DNA of 64,000 bases from Camelus dromedarius (GCF_036321535.1 NC_087467.1:18352001-18416000); one strand, 5' to 3'. Numbered from the stretch's first letter, positions 37,269-50,615 are shown. The notes: generated from the sequence alone by a model not told the origin. Made by a program: numbers and translations.

Positions 37269-39143
37269 GTTACCGCCTCTTCATTGTCAATAGGGATCAT
37301 TCTGGGGACTGGGATCAGTGGGGACTTGGGAGACAGTAGCGCAATGCTAGGTTAGTCTGGGCAGGGAGGAGCCTGGGGACATGGCTTTCCCACTGGGCTG
37401 GCCCAGTCCCATGCCCAAAGGAGGTAAGAATTTGAGATGGCTCCAAATACAGGACAGGAACCACCTCCTTGTGGTTACATCACAGGGGCTTCACTCTGAG
37501 ATTTTCCTGCTGTGTGGAGGGAGAGTGGCACAAGTTTGCCGGAGTCCTTGGAGTCAGACTCACAGCAGCACCCTTGTCAGTCATCAAACAAAATTTAAAA
37601 GGAATTCAGATCGTTAAGCTTGCCCTTTGGAGAAGAGAGGAGACCCAGCACACCGCGCACACTGCTCCCCACCCCTGCCGCCTCGCGCCCCAGGCCCCCG
37701 CCCCGGGGCCTGCGCAGAAACCCAGACAGCCCGGGCCCCCGGGCTCTCCCGGCACCACTTGTTCTAAGCTCAGAACACTTCCTTCTCTCTTAAAAAACAT
37801 TTTTTTGAAGAAATTTCTACTCTCATGGTTCAGCACCATGACTGATTTAGAATCCACTAAGGATGGAGCCAGGAAGCATGGGGCAGGGTGAGGCCCAAGG
37901 TCAGCGAAACACGAGTTAATAAATCTTGTCTGGTCAAGACAGAAAGAGAAAACGAGGGCCTTCCATGCAGTAAGTGAAACACTTCACTTGTTCAAGAGGA
38001 ACATTCTCCAAAAAGCTGATTTAAAAACACAAGTGCTCCTTTTATTCAAGTGGAAACTTGAAAAAGAAATGTTGTTTTAATCATGATAATCGCTTTCCTT
38101 TGTCTGATATGTTTATTTGTTCATTTCAAATACATTGATTTTTTTTTTTTCTCCTTCTTTGGGTCCTGGGCATGTGCCACCCCAGCTCAAAGTCGGCAGA
38201 AAAGACGCCTATCCATTTATAAAAAGAGTCAGCAAGCGCATGTTCCCAGATTTCAGTGTCATTACTTCCGTTCAGATAATACCGTCATGCATAGAGAGAC
38301 CAGAGACCGGGCTTTTACGTTGGAGTTAAGACGTTATTTAAAAAGAGAAGACGAATGCATAGAGAAAAAAAATGAGAACAAGTTCCTAGCCTATTTCAGC
38401 TTCTAGCTGATGCTGCAATATTTTTTCTATTTGCATAGGAAGATAATGCTAGCGCTGAAAGCTCAGGAAACACTGGGCCAGGAGTTATTTTTTTCTGGAG
38501 TGCTGAAGACTTACTGGAAAAGCATCTAGACTCTCCTACTCTGGTTAGCCTTGGTATGTCAGGTGACATGCAGCAGATGTCGGTTCAAACCTACTTTTTA
38601 TATCTTCTCATTAATATGCACTCCCTGGCTGAGCTGATGGGTCACGTACTATAAAGCTATGTTAAGGAGTACTTAGCAGTTCCTGGTTACTGAACTTTAG
38701 AAACGCTTTCAAATACGAGAACGAGCCTGTAAGGAACTACAAATAAAACCACGAAAGGACAATGAAAGAATTCCAAAATAGACACATCCACGGAGTCACG
38801 CAGTAGTCAAACACCGCCTTGCTGATGTAAACAAGTTGTCCTAGGTTGTTCTTAACCGCAAAGCAGGCTGTGATTTGATCCGCCTTCACTAGTGGCAGGA
38901 GTCTACACGGAAGTCACGGTCAGAGCAACCTTGGATTTGCAGTGAGTTGTAGCAGACGGTTTGCTCTCAGTCCAGACCACCAGAGACACAAGGGCTGCCT
39001 GCAATCATAGTCTAGTTTCTGTGAGGGTCAGAGGTCTCCTGATTTGAGTGAACTAGTCCAGCCGAACAGCAGTGTAACAAGCCCTCAAAAGGAAGTGCTT
39101 TACTCAAAAAGAGATTTAAAAGATGGACCGGGGTTAACAGTAG

Positions 39144-39336
39144 GATGCTGGAACTAGCTCTTATCAGCTTTCTGGAGTCAACTGTGCAAATCCCTTCCCA
39201 AGTCTGTGTTGGGTGACATTTCCTTGATAGCTTGAAACTGACCTCAACGTGTTTACACCATGGAAACTGGCAAATGCTGTGACTTAGTAGGGATCCCCTA
39301 GAAAGCGGTTGTTAAGCATTTCCAGCACACCCCTGC
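39144..39336. mobile_element. MER63-like hAT DNA transposon remnant
   Basis: gtgtttacaccatggaaactggcaaatgct...gcggttgttaagcatttccagcacaccc. Confidence 0.55.
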
Positions 39337-40349
39337 ACAGAGACTGGTGCCATTCAAAACGTAATCCACAGACATGTGTCGATTCACAAAGTATCTGATG
39401 AGTGCATGTTGAGATATGCCATGATCACTCAGAGTTCGCTTTTAGAAACTATCACAATTCTACAGAGGTTCTGCTGGGTGGAAGGCAATAAAAAAGAAAA
39501 CCATGGGCTTGTTTCTTACATGCCTCTGTTTTTTTAATTTCCTTCTAGTAATTCCTTTTTATTGCATTTTACCAAAATATTGATCCTCAACAGATTGGAC
39601 ATCAAATAAGCAAACAGAACTGGTCCACCACCAGAGGTAGTTTGAGAAGCACAGATACGGAACACTGGCGAATTAGGGGAAATGGGCAGAAAGGTATTGG
39701 ACATAAAATTAAGGACAGATTAGAGAGGTAACTTGAAACTACAGGCAAAATGATGTGAAGAGGGCAAAATTTAAAAAAAAAAATGTGGAAGGACCTAAAC
39801 TTGGGACCTAAAGGACATCAATACAGAATGGGAAGAGCGGACTTGTGGTTGTAGCACCAGCTAAGCTGTCTGCTTCCATGAAGGCATGTTTGTGTGGATG
39901 CATGATACCCAGAATGACCGACAGTCAGGCTGCCTTTCCTGCCCTCTCTGTGAGGGGAAATCGCAGGTCCTCCGTGGGGAGAAAAACCATGACTAATTAG
40001 GGATGGTTTAAGGAAGAGGATGTTTCGATTGCGAGAGAAGGAAGGCAGAAGGGTTTCCAATTATTTCGAAGACTATTGTGTACAGGATGGCATGGACTTG
40101 GGCCGTAAGAGCCTCCCCCCCCCCCGCCCCCCCACCACGGGAAACCATAAAAAGAAAAGCTCAGAGAGGCTCAAAGAATACTTTCCTAGGAGTCAATTGT
40201 CCAAAGATGGACTCGGCAGCCCTCCCTGGGGAGCGAGTTCTCAGTCCCTGGAGATGTGCAAGCACAGACAAGCTCATCTTTTTGGCTGGGAAGTCACTGC
40301 AACTGTACCACCATCTTACGGGGGCCTGAAGCAGGTGACAAGACTTCTT

Positions 40350-40825
40350 TCAAACTGGAGCTCTGGTGGCTTCATGAATATGAATAAAATCTAGAAAAGA
40401 ATCAGAGTTGAGTTCAAAAAGGAGACGATAAAAGCACTGAAGAAAATCAGAGAGGCTGTCGACAGAAGTGCAGAATGCTGTAAAAAGAAACAGAAACTCT
40501 GAACAGGAGCGAACTAAAATCAGAAAACTCAACTGCCGAGATAAAAGCTGAGCTAAGGGCAATCAGTAGCAGACCAAATGATGCAGAGGGACAAGTAAGT
40601 GACTTAGAATAATGGAAATCACCCAATCAGAACAGTAGACAGAAAAACAAATGGAAAAAAAAAAATGAAAGCGGTATCAGAGACCTATGGGATAATATAA
40701 AGTGGGCCAATCTACGCAGAACGGAGGTCCCAGAAGGAGAAGAAGATAGAAATGGTGTTTGAAGAAATGATGACTGAAAGCTTCCCAAACCTAAAGAAGA
40801 AAACGGATATCCAAGTACAGGGAGC
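40350..40825 (+). mobile_element. L1 ORF1 fragment
   Basis: ggaaatcacccaatcagaacag...gagacctatgggataatataaagtgggccaatctacgc...ggtcccagaaggagaag...gaaagcttcccaaacctaaag encodes disrupted ORF1p coiled-coil/RRM-like sequence. Confidence 0.85.
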
Positions 40826-41399
40826 CACTGAGAGAGGTGCGAAAAAGCCTAAGAAGGAGGTCAGGAGAGGAGGCCAGGAGAGCTACCAACAGGCTCTTGG
40901 GAGCAGAGAGGAAAGTTCTGGCATCCTGGGAACGCATTTTGGCACAAGACAATGAAGACAAAAATCGCTCATGGAGAAGTTTGCGGCTGCTGCTTCCAGG
41001 CAAGCAGACCCCAACGTGCTGAATTTACCCTGACTTGTGGGGTCACGCTCCCCACAGCGATGTGCTCCCCAGGCTGGACTCCCCCAAAACGCCAGACAAA
41101 TCGGTGGTCTGGCTGGAGCCCTTCGCAGGACACAAAAGCACAAGCCCAGGTGAAAACAGAGGATGAGATGGAGAGTGAGTCCCGACTCCTCGCCTGATCA
41201 CCAAGGCGTCCATCCCTGTAACACACTGTGCTAGGAATTTAATAGACATGGTCACAGGACCCAGGAAGATCTCACTAAACCCATTTGTTTGATGGTACGA
41301 CTGAGGCTCAGGACACGTAATTGACTTCTCTAAGTCATACAGCAATCAAGTGGTACAGTTCGTGTTCACACGGCTCCAAGTCCTAGCCGTTTCCCTCCC

Positions 41400-42900
41400 C
41401 CAAACGACCTGTATTCATCCGCCTAGAAAACCTTCCATTGAACACCTTGTCCAGTAAAGCGTGATGCCGTCCCTAAGAAACTCCAGGAAACCGCTCCGAG
41501 CGCAGTCCTCCGCACCCTGAAGGAACTCCTAAGACGTTTGGAGAATGAATGCATTGGCGTGGTCAGGAAGGAGAGGCGCACCAGCTGCAACTTTAAAAAT
41601 GCTGCAAAAAAGGGAGAAACTCCACAAAGCAAAATACACATGGAAAAATCGCTCCCTTGTTTCCAAATATTTGCAGCTTAACATTCACAGGCCACCCAAA
41701 GTGCGGTGGTCAGCGGTCCGGCCCTGCGGGCCCCCCGATGAGAAGGCGGAGATCAGAGGGCCGTGGGGGCGGCGCGGGGCTGCGGGGAGGCCCAGGGCTT
41801 GGGGAGGGGGGCTGCTTCTCTCCCGCTTCGTTTTGGCTCCAGGGATGAGAGCGATTTTCACTAGAGCCATCCTCCACGGAAACCACAAAAACGAGCTAAA
41901 CTTTCCTCCATGCAAGAAGAAAAAAGCACGCTTGTGTGAGCGCGTAGGGGAGGAGAGGGAATGTGGGCAGAGAGGGAGGGAGGGAGGGAGGGGTGGTGTC
42001 ATAACTCTTGTAGTCATAAGACTTGCCAGTTGGTAGTTACCAGTATTCCAGACACTTCCTAATGCCAGACAAACGCCCCAAGTCTCGGCTTGTCTGGCTC
42101 AGAGATCTGTTCAACTGATAGCAGCCGGCTGGGGGTGGGGGTGGGGGGGGAGACACATCTTGCAGGGAGCAGCCCTCCGACGACGCACATCAAGCACAAC
42201 ATTGTTCTCGGAAGGAAGAATGGAAAGGTTTGTTTCAGAGTCACAACTTTTTTTTTTTAAGGCACCCGAGTTGTTTTAACAAGTTGCTACAAAACTTGGG
42301 TTTCCTGAGGCGAGGCTGTCAGGCACAGAGCAGATACTGTACCGAACTCCAGAGAGGGAGGGATCAGAAGGTTAGTCATTAAAAAAGAAAGAAAAAAAAA
42401 AAAAAAGCCCCAGGCACTTCATGCCTGGAAATGATGTAAGACGCGGCCGCTCCTCTGTTAGAACTACAAGCAAACAATGCTCCGGCAGCTGCTCTCCAAA
42501 TGTCAGCGCCAACCCCGGCCAAAGGGCTGCAAAGCCACCCAGCGCAGGACTTTGTGCTCTACCTTTTTCGCCCACATTTTCCCCAGGCACTCGCAGGAAC
42601 CTGGCAACACGTAACGGGGCAACCTTTGCCTTCTGAAATGGCGAGCGGCAGCATTTCAGAGAACAAAAGGATTTTTTGAAAGTCAGCTGCATCTCCATCC
42701 CCACCCCCACCCCACCCCCGACACCCCCGCCCCCTCCTTCCCTCCCAACTCCGAGTCTGAGAAAATAAAGTGGTGCTGCTGGCAGCCCCGCTCTCGAGTG
42801 CCCCCTTGTGACCAAGCCCGGAACATCACTGATGTACCTTGAAATCCGAGGCTCCGCTCCCAGGTAAGTCACGCTGGGGGAGGGGGACTTCTGGGCTACA
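41400..42900 (+). promoter_or_regulatory. CpG-enriched promoter-like region, possibly the first exon of a DLGAP1 antisense lncRNA (AS1-like)
   Basis: Free of recognisable repeats, with CpG-rich patches at 41690-41830 and 42500-42880, a C-run tract at 42690-42745 and the plus-strand donor CAG|GTAAGT at 42863/42864. The lncRNA link rests on recalled human synteny only. Confidence 0.4.
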
Positions 42901-45900
42901 TTTGTCTTCTCCAAAAAACATGCGCAGAGTGGAAGTCAAGACTCAGAAGGTCTTGCTTTTTAACTTATCCCGTTAACAAAAATTTTACCCTTGCAGCAGG
43001 AGAAGATCTCTGGGTTGAGGTTGCTGATACATTATTTTCCTCCTAAGCAGACGCTAGGGCAATATTTTCTGTTTTGGCAAGCTGTAAAGCAAAAACTCTG
43101 GGGCTTAGGTGTATGGCAGTGAGCACGCATAGACAAGAAACTGAGGATTCCTGCTGGGTGGGACTTGCATTTTCCATTTTTATCTGAATTTGTTGGTTGT
43201 TTGTAGAAAACTTTCTCCCAGGTAAGAAGCATTTCCAATCCCCACTGCTGGTTTATTTGCAAGGATGACTTGGGATTTCCAAACTGCAATCCAGGCTTCC
43301 CAGAGCCTGCCTGGCGGCGCCACCTTAGCTGTTTTATCTCTGTGTGGGGCAGACACCCACGAAAATGCCACAAGCAGTATTTTTAACCAGTCTTCTTCCT
43401 CTCAGGGACTCCTCCCTCCAAGCTGTCTCTGATTTGAAGGACCGACTACAGTCGTGAGCTGCTGGTAGCTCCAGCCAGCAGTGAGGGCATCCGTCCTGGT
43501 TTGTCCCTCTCTGGAAATGTTAACTGGAAACTAAGAAGGAAGTTCAGATCAAAGTAACTGTTCTCTTCAGAAAGTTCCATTAATTAACTAAATTAAAGGA
43601 AGTTAAATGATGTTTGGAGGAAAGTCATTTTAGAAAGCCCAGGTCCAAGGGACCGAAGTCCAAAGCCTCTAATGTGAACCTTTAATGAAGCTTGGCAACA
43701 AGTTAAACAATATGAGAAATTGAGGGTTACCATATGTAAGACCAGTCGTTGCCTGAAATCAGTCATTTCAAAGGAACATGTTGAAAGTAGACAGACATTT
43801 CGCTCGTAGTTGCCTAGATCATTTAATGTTAAAGATGAAAAACCCAGGGCTCTGAGTAACAGTCATTTGACCTGCAGCTAAGGTGAGTCATGGCCTTCAT
43901 AGAACTAGGCACAAAGGTGCACGTCAGGCTGTGGCGATCACCCGGCTTGCTCATTTGCAAGGCAGGGCTGTTGCTTCCAGTAGGGAATGCCACCAGGATT
44001 TCATGGCTCATTCTCGCAGCCTCTCCAACAGGTGCTGTTGAGTCATCCATGCACACAAGTGACTGCCCTGGCAGTTTCATCAGTTAGGATTAAATTTCCA
44101 TTTGTTCCATGACTTTATGAAGTGATTTCTACCATTGAATCATATCTACCATTTCCTCTGGGACATAGGGATTTTTTTTTTTAATGTTTGTAACATTGTG
44201 TGTATTTTTCAAAATTTGTCCCAGCTGGGTCAGCAGGTCTTCCTGGGTTGAATGGACTATTTACGGGAGGGGAAAATTCAGGGCCCAAGGTCAGTGGTAC
44301 AGAGTTAAATAAGGTTTCCTGTTTGGGCAGCTGGTCTACCACCTCCTCAGCCCAGGGCTGACTGGGTCTTTTAGAAGACAACATGGGGGTGGAATGATGC
44401 CAGGAGCGGGCAAGGAAATTTTTCTTTTAAGCTTCTCATCAACCAGCTTTCATTTCTTGTCAGATGTCACTTCTCAGCAATACTTGCCTATGTTCCCTGT
44501 TAGGTGATTTTTTTTTTTCTTCTCCTGACCAGACTGAGAGAAAGGAGTCAGTTAAGGATGTAGGAATCACAAGGTCAGGCATTGTTGTCCATTGTATTCA
44601 CGATGACCACAGTACTTAGAACACGCATGACACACAGGAGAACCACGGTAAACACTGGTTACGTGAAGAGAGGAACAGAGATGAAAAGAGACTTCCTGGA
44701 GAAACAGAAGAAGGCACTAACCATCAGGAAGGAAAGGTCACCAGGGTAGAAGTAAAATGACTGCTCAGCAAAGCCCTTCTCTGCGACCTTGGATGTTGCA
44801 ACTCAGGCTTCTGTCACCAATGCCCACTTCTGTTTGTCGTTGATAAAGTGCTGACCCAGTGCAGTTGTGGTCAGCCAGCTTCCGACGTGGAGCTGGTCTG
44901 TGAAGGTGCTACCTAGTGTCTGCCTGGGCCGGCGAGTCCTCTGGATTACCCACCTGACCTCCCCAGCGCCTCCGCTGGGCTGTGCCCATGGGCACCGAGC
45001 CCGTGGCTGGGTAGGGGCCCGCGGTGCTAACTGCCCTTTCCCCAGGCAGCTGCCTTTCTTGTCCTCGGTTCCTTTCACTCCTCCTCATCTGAATTCCTAT
45101 GATTCCTGCAGAAGATGGGTATCTGAGAGCCCAGAACTTTCTTTACCTCCTGGTCCATTTTGTGAGAACTGGTGTCACCTGTGCCATGGGACCTGGAGCC
45201 TGGAAAGGGAGGGGGACCTGGGCTGAGATCACACCACCCAGCAGGACTCTCCTGCCACGTCTGGCGCCGTGTGTGGTTCACACGGCGGACCTCAGGGATC
45301 CCACCCCGAGGCTGTGTGGAGTGGCTGACAGTCTCCAGACGGGAGCTGGGTATCCTCGGGCACACACTGCCCACTGGTCTCCCTGGGGACAGTGAGATGG
45401 CCATGCCGAGTGAGCGGCCTGTGTTCAAATCTGGGGAGGTCACATCTCCTGAGGGTCCCTTGGGCTGAGTCCTCCCTGAATCTTCCAGCTGGATTGATCA
45501 GTGACCTCTGCTCACTGGCAAACTCTCTGGGCTTTGGAGAGAAGGTGGACCTTCACTCAAGCTGGCCTGGGTCTGCCCTGTGGACAGAGGGCCTGGCGGG
45601 AGGGCTCCGCCTGGAGCAGAAGCTATTGCTCCAGGAAAACCTGGGAAAACAGGACGTGTAGGAAGCAGAGAAGAAAGCCAAGGCATCCAGCATGCCTTCC
45701 TGTTGGAGCATGATGAGGAATAATTACCTGCTTCTGGAGCGCAGGGGTGTGGAGTCTACGGGGGTGGAGGGCCTGGTCCATGTAGTTGGGCAGTTAATTA
45801 TCCATCTGTCTCCTTTCCTCTTTCTTCCCTGAAACCCTCCTCTTCAAAGGAAGAACTCTGGGGCGGGCGTTGACCTGTGGAATGCTGTCTGACAGCCCAC

Positions 45901-47528
45901 CAGGCCCAGGGAGGACACCAGTCCCTACGATCTCAAGTGACAGAATCAGCGCTTTCAAATGACACCTTGTTATCCAGCTGTGTCCCTGACAGGTGAGGAC
46001 ACAGATCCAGAGAAGAACTTGGCTGGGGCCCGTGGGGCTCTTTGTGTCCACGCCATATCACAGACTCCATCAGTCTTTACAGTTAATTTGGAAAGAGCCA
46101 CTTAAAGACCACACTGACAGTGCCACTTGGCAGTTAGGATTTTTTGTCGTTTTCCAAAATCAAATCGTCACCGAGGAAACGAGTGAAGCCGGCACTGAAA
46201 TCTATCACTCTCCCTACCCCCGACCTTCATCCTGATTCACACTGTTTACGGATCCAGGCGCCTGTTCCTAGAATCCCAGTTCCACAAGGAGGCTGGAGAG
46301 TTTGGGTTGCCCACGTTCTCCAGCGTGGGGGCCTGTCGGAACCTGGATTCTCTCCATCTAAGCCTCCTTTCTCCTTTTTTAAACAGCTGCCTTCTGTTTC
46401 TGTCCTTAAGGTTCTCCTTTGAATCCTGTAAGAGCAACGTCCACGTCCAGAAACCCTTTTCTGAATCTCTTGATCAAACGTGCTTGGAATTCAGAACTTC
46501 TGCAGTTGTAGAAAGCCCGTGTGCGTGACACACCTGGGGGTCCGGGTGCTCTAAACTGTCTGTCTGCAGGACGGTGTGCAATGGCCACTCTGCAAGTGGT
46601 CACAAGGTCTGACTTTGGCCAATGGCTTTCAGGATAGCAGCTTCAGGTGCCTTGGGACCAGCACAGCTGCCATCCTGGGCTGCCTCCTCCAGAGCATCTC
46701 AGGTCCTGGGCGGGGCTCTGTCCCAGCCCAGCTCACAAAGAGGGTGGCAGATGGGTGGTGGACTTGGCATGGTGGGTGGACGAGGTTTCTGTATCTTTGA
46801 GGGAAAGAGGAATCCAAGATCAAATTCAGTAAAACTTAGGACTTTGTCTCTCTTTCCCTGACCGCGTTGGAGTTCTGGGTGTTCACGTGTTTATCGCGAT
46901 GTGTGTTTCACAGGCTGTCCTCAGAAACATCTTTTTCTGGTTTTTGTTACAATGGTAATGGAGGTGCTTTTAAAAGTAGGGGCTTTTAACTGGCTTCTTC
47001 CCACAATATAGAAAGCTGTCTGTCAGAATTACAGCATGGAGTACTCTGGTGCGTCCTTGGAGATAAACACTTCATACGTGCAAGGCTGTGTGTGTGTGTG
47101 TGGTGTGTGCTTTAAGTCACCCCTTCCACCCTTCTCTTCCCCTTTCTTATTACCTACCCTCAAGCTATGGTCTGACCTCACAGCAGATAAAAGCAACATT
47201 ATTCTCCGTGGCCCACAGTCATGTGTGCTGACGGGAGGGTGGTTCCCTGTGAGGTCCAGGCTGGGTGCCCTGCTCACGTGATGCAGTTCAGGACACTGGC
47301 CTAACAGTGTATCTGCAGGGACATTCTTAATTCATTAAAGCTCTGCTCAGCACACACTGAAAATAATTTTCAGAATGAAAGTTGTTATCCCACATTTCCT
47401 AAGAGTTAACTGAGGTTCTGTCAAACAGCTTGAGTTAAAGAGTAAACCATGTCGGTTAGACATAGGTGTCTGTGAACTGCAGACAGAAATGGATCAAGCA
47501 GTGGGAATTCTGTTTTGTTGTGCTTTTT

Positions 47529-47645
47529 GGGGGGGAGGGTAATTAGGTTTATTTACTTATTTATTTATTTCAATGGGGTGCTGGGGATTGAACCCAGGAC
47601 CTCATGCATGCTAAGCACGCACTCTACCACCCAGCTATACCCTCC
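47529..47645 (-). mobile_element. Vic-1-like tRNA SINE
   Basis: ggggattgaacccaggacctcatgcatgctaagcacgcactctaccacccagctatac, with the gggtaattaggtttattt tail. Confidence 0.9.
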
Positions 47646-49989
47646 ACACTAAATTTTTTTCTAAGACAAGCACAGCACTGCCTCCTGGTGTGGATTACAT
47701 TTTATTTTTCAAAAGGAACCATGGATAGTAAAGGCAATACATTTTGATTATTTCAGATTTCTGCTGTCATCAATGAAAGATTTTATTAATCAGTTCTTTG
47801 AAAAAGCAGCTCTACCCACTGCCAACCTCGCAAGTGAGAGGATATTAAACTATCGGGTGGGTTGTCTGTCTGGCGCCCTGGTTGGAATTTCAGGCTGTTA
47901 TGGGATTGGCTGCAGGTTGCCATTGACACCGCTCAGCGCAGGGATCGCTGAAGTGCGAAGGCGCAGGAAAGCGGGGCCACTGGCGGGAACCAGCGCTGCT
48001 CTTTGGATCAAAATTAACTTCCAATAAAGAGTTGGGCAATGGGTCGTCTGGAAGGGAAGCATCTTAATGGCCACCGCTCAAAGGTTCAGCTTGCTTCAGT
48101 TGCTGATAACCTTGTCAGGTCTCAGATAAAGGCAAGTCTTGTCACCCTCGGGCACCTGGCTGAGAGGTAATAAAACAGTTGCCTTATCTTCTAGGGGCGG
48201 AGTTAGTCCAACCTCAGCCTGCGGTAATTACAGTAAACTGAAGTTGCCTGTCGTTGAAAAAAGGGGGAGAGGGGAGGGAGGCAGGAGATGATGTTTGTTT
48301 CTCTCCTGGGATTGAAAAAAGAAGTGAGCAGAAAGAGCAGCCAGGAGTTTCCAGGGCCGACACCGCCAGCCCGGCTCTGCTGCCCTCTCCTGGGAGTGAC
48401 GGCTGCTGACGGCTCGGGTCCGCGTGAGGATCCGAGGAAGAGGCTCAAGCAGATGGAAATCCCAGCGATCTTCTCAGGAGCTGTCCTTTCCAAATGTAAA
48501 TGACCGCGTCGGAGCTCGGCTAGGGAGGGAAGGAGGTTGCAGGCGGGCCCAGTGCCTCACCCAGCGCTGTTAGCTCAGGCCATCGGATAAAAAGTTTTCG
48601 CCAAAGCAGCAGCAAATCTACTTTAAATACTAGCACAGTAAGGAAATTCCTCTCTTTCAGGCTGAATGCCATCCGCACAAAAGGGCGCCTGTTGACATCT
48701 CATTTACAATCTCCCCCGGGACCCAGACGGGTCCATTTCAATAAACCCGACTCAGAAACACCTATTGTTCAAAATCTTCCCCTAGCCACAGGCTACCACC
48801 CCGCCTGATTGTCTTGTAAAATAAAAGATTTGGAAGGAGCCGGATTGAGACTGGGGAAGCTATGAAAGAGGAAGCAGATAAGTTCCTTGACCCAATGCTG
48901 TCCGAGAGTGTGCGCTCACAATAAAGTTAATGGATTCTCATTTTTACGAGAAGTGTCTCTGAAATGCCCGCTGCCTTCCTGAACTGGTGGTTGGGAATTC
49001 TAAAAGTGGTGCCAACTTTGTTGCTAAAGAAGTTAACTCCTGCCAATGGGTTTGCTATGTGAAAAGGCAAAGGCTATACTTACCCGGCTCTCAGCCTTAC
49101 AAAAGCCCTGTCGCAGCCGCAGCAAACACCAGGTGAGTCTGTGATCTGAGCCGTTTCCTCAGGATTTATAGCTTAACTGTCCTCTCTAAGGAGGATTGTG
49201 AGGCGCAGGGCAGAGCGCCCCAACCTCCGTGGATGGGTTCCTCCTTTCCAGCACCACTGTTTTTGCTCCCTCTTTTAGTAAAACTTGAACACTTTCTGGA
49301 ATCAACTCATGTCGCCTTTAGATGGTTTTTCTTCAGAAAGGCCTCAAATTAAGGGCTACATTGGAACAAAATAGGCATTTCACAAACACGCAGTATCTTT
49401 CCCTTCCTATTATTAGATCTTCCAGTCAAGAATGTTGACTTAGCAAATGACTCCTTTTTCTAACCACAGTTCAAGCCAAAACTCTGGATGGTACCCCTCA
49501 TTCCTTTGGGCCCTTCTCTTCTATCTTTTAAATCCTTCTGGAATCCTTCTGCCGCCTACAAGCCACCTTTCCACTTCCCCAGCCCCTCTCATGTCTTGAG
49601 GATGACAACGACTTCCTAATTCACGGTTCACCAGCTACCGCTTGGACTTATGAACGGGTCATGAACTCAGCTGAGGTGGTCCATGCAGCTTTGCTCTTTA
49701 AAAAAAAATGAAATGGATTAGAAAACATCAGAGTGCATCAAGCAAAAGAAAAGTAAGTTTGGTTTTGTGACACTGGTTTCGGTGCGTTCGTGTGCGTCCG
49801 GATCTGTGTTCATTCAAGGTAACTGGTCAAACGCATCTTGTTTGTCCGAACAGTTTGAGAGATACTTCTCTAACTGGTCTCACTGGGGCTGTCGTGTCCC
49901 TGCCTCCAAACTGTTGGACACACTCAGAGCAAGAAGGGAAGGTTCTGAATGGATCCACCTGACAGATCTGCCCTCCAGATAAAGACCTG

Positions 49990-50390
49990 CACTGGGGCTT
50001 CCGAGTCGACTTACCCAGCCCCTGCCCCTCTCTCAGGTCTCAGAACTCCTTGTCCTCCCGACCACCTTGACTTTTAGTGCTTCAAGCCATCAAGTTCCCT
50101 GGCCTGTGCAGATGGAATTCCCTTTAGGAACATTCTGTCCTCTTTCTCCTTTGGGTATCAGCTCAGGTGTCACCTCTTCCAGGAAGTCTTCCGGAAGTGC
50201 TTCTAAATGCCTCCTCTGAGTTCTCAAGAAAACACCTCACTTTTTATCTGACAGACCACTTACTACTTCCTTGCTTTGAAAACTCCTGTTCCTGCTTCAA
50301 GATTCACGTTTGTGTTCCGTTAGTGCCTCCTACTTATTTTTACTGTGGAACTCAGGACACTTGGTTTGTTCCGGTCCTACGCTGATCCTT
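49990..50390 (+). mobile_element. L2 fragment
   Basis: cagctcaggtgtcacctcttccaggaagtcttcc is a typical L2 3' region motif. Confidence 0.65.
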
Positions 50391-50524
50391 TTGAGTGAAA
50401 GCAGAGGGAAATTTGTGATCGAGTAGATCTTTGTTTTCTACTTGTTTCCTTGTTGGATTAAGTGATTTTGTATGGCAAATGCTATTATACAAGATATCAC
50501 CAAACCAGGTTGTCTCTCTCTCTC

Positions 50525-50615
50525 TCTTTTTTTTTTTTTAATGATGGCACTGGGGATTGAACCTGGGACCTCATGCCTGCTAAGCATGCGCTCTACCACT
50601 GAGCTACCCCCCCTA
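50525..50615 (-). mobile_element. Vic-1-like tRNA SINE, followed by a MIR at about 50690-50870
   Basis: ggggattgaacctgggacctcatgcctgctaagcatgcgctctaccactgagcta. Confidence 0.88.

Noticed and set aside
37829-37845. REST/RE1-like TTCAGCACCATG
   Set aside because: Only the left half matches; the GGACAG right half is absent (gactga).
40826-40870. Resemblance of RCEKA to MRFAP1
   Set aside because: Only about five codons match and the downstream sequence does not.
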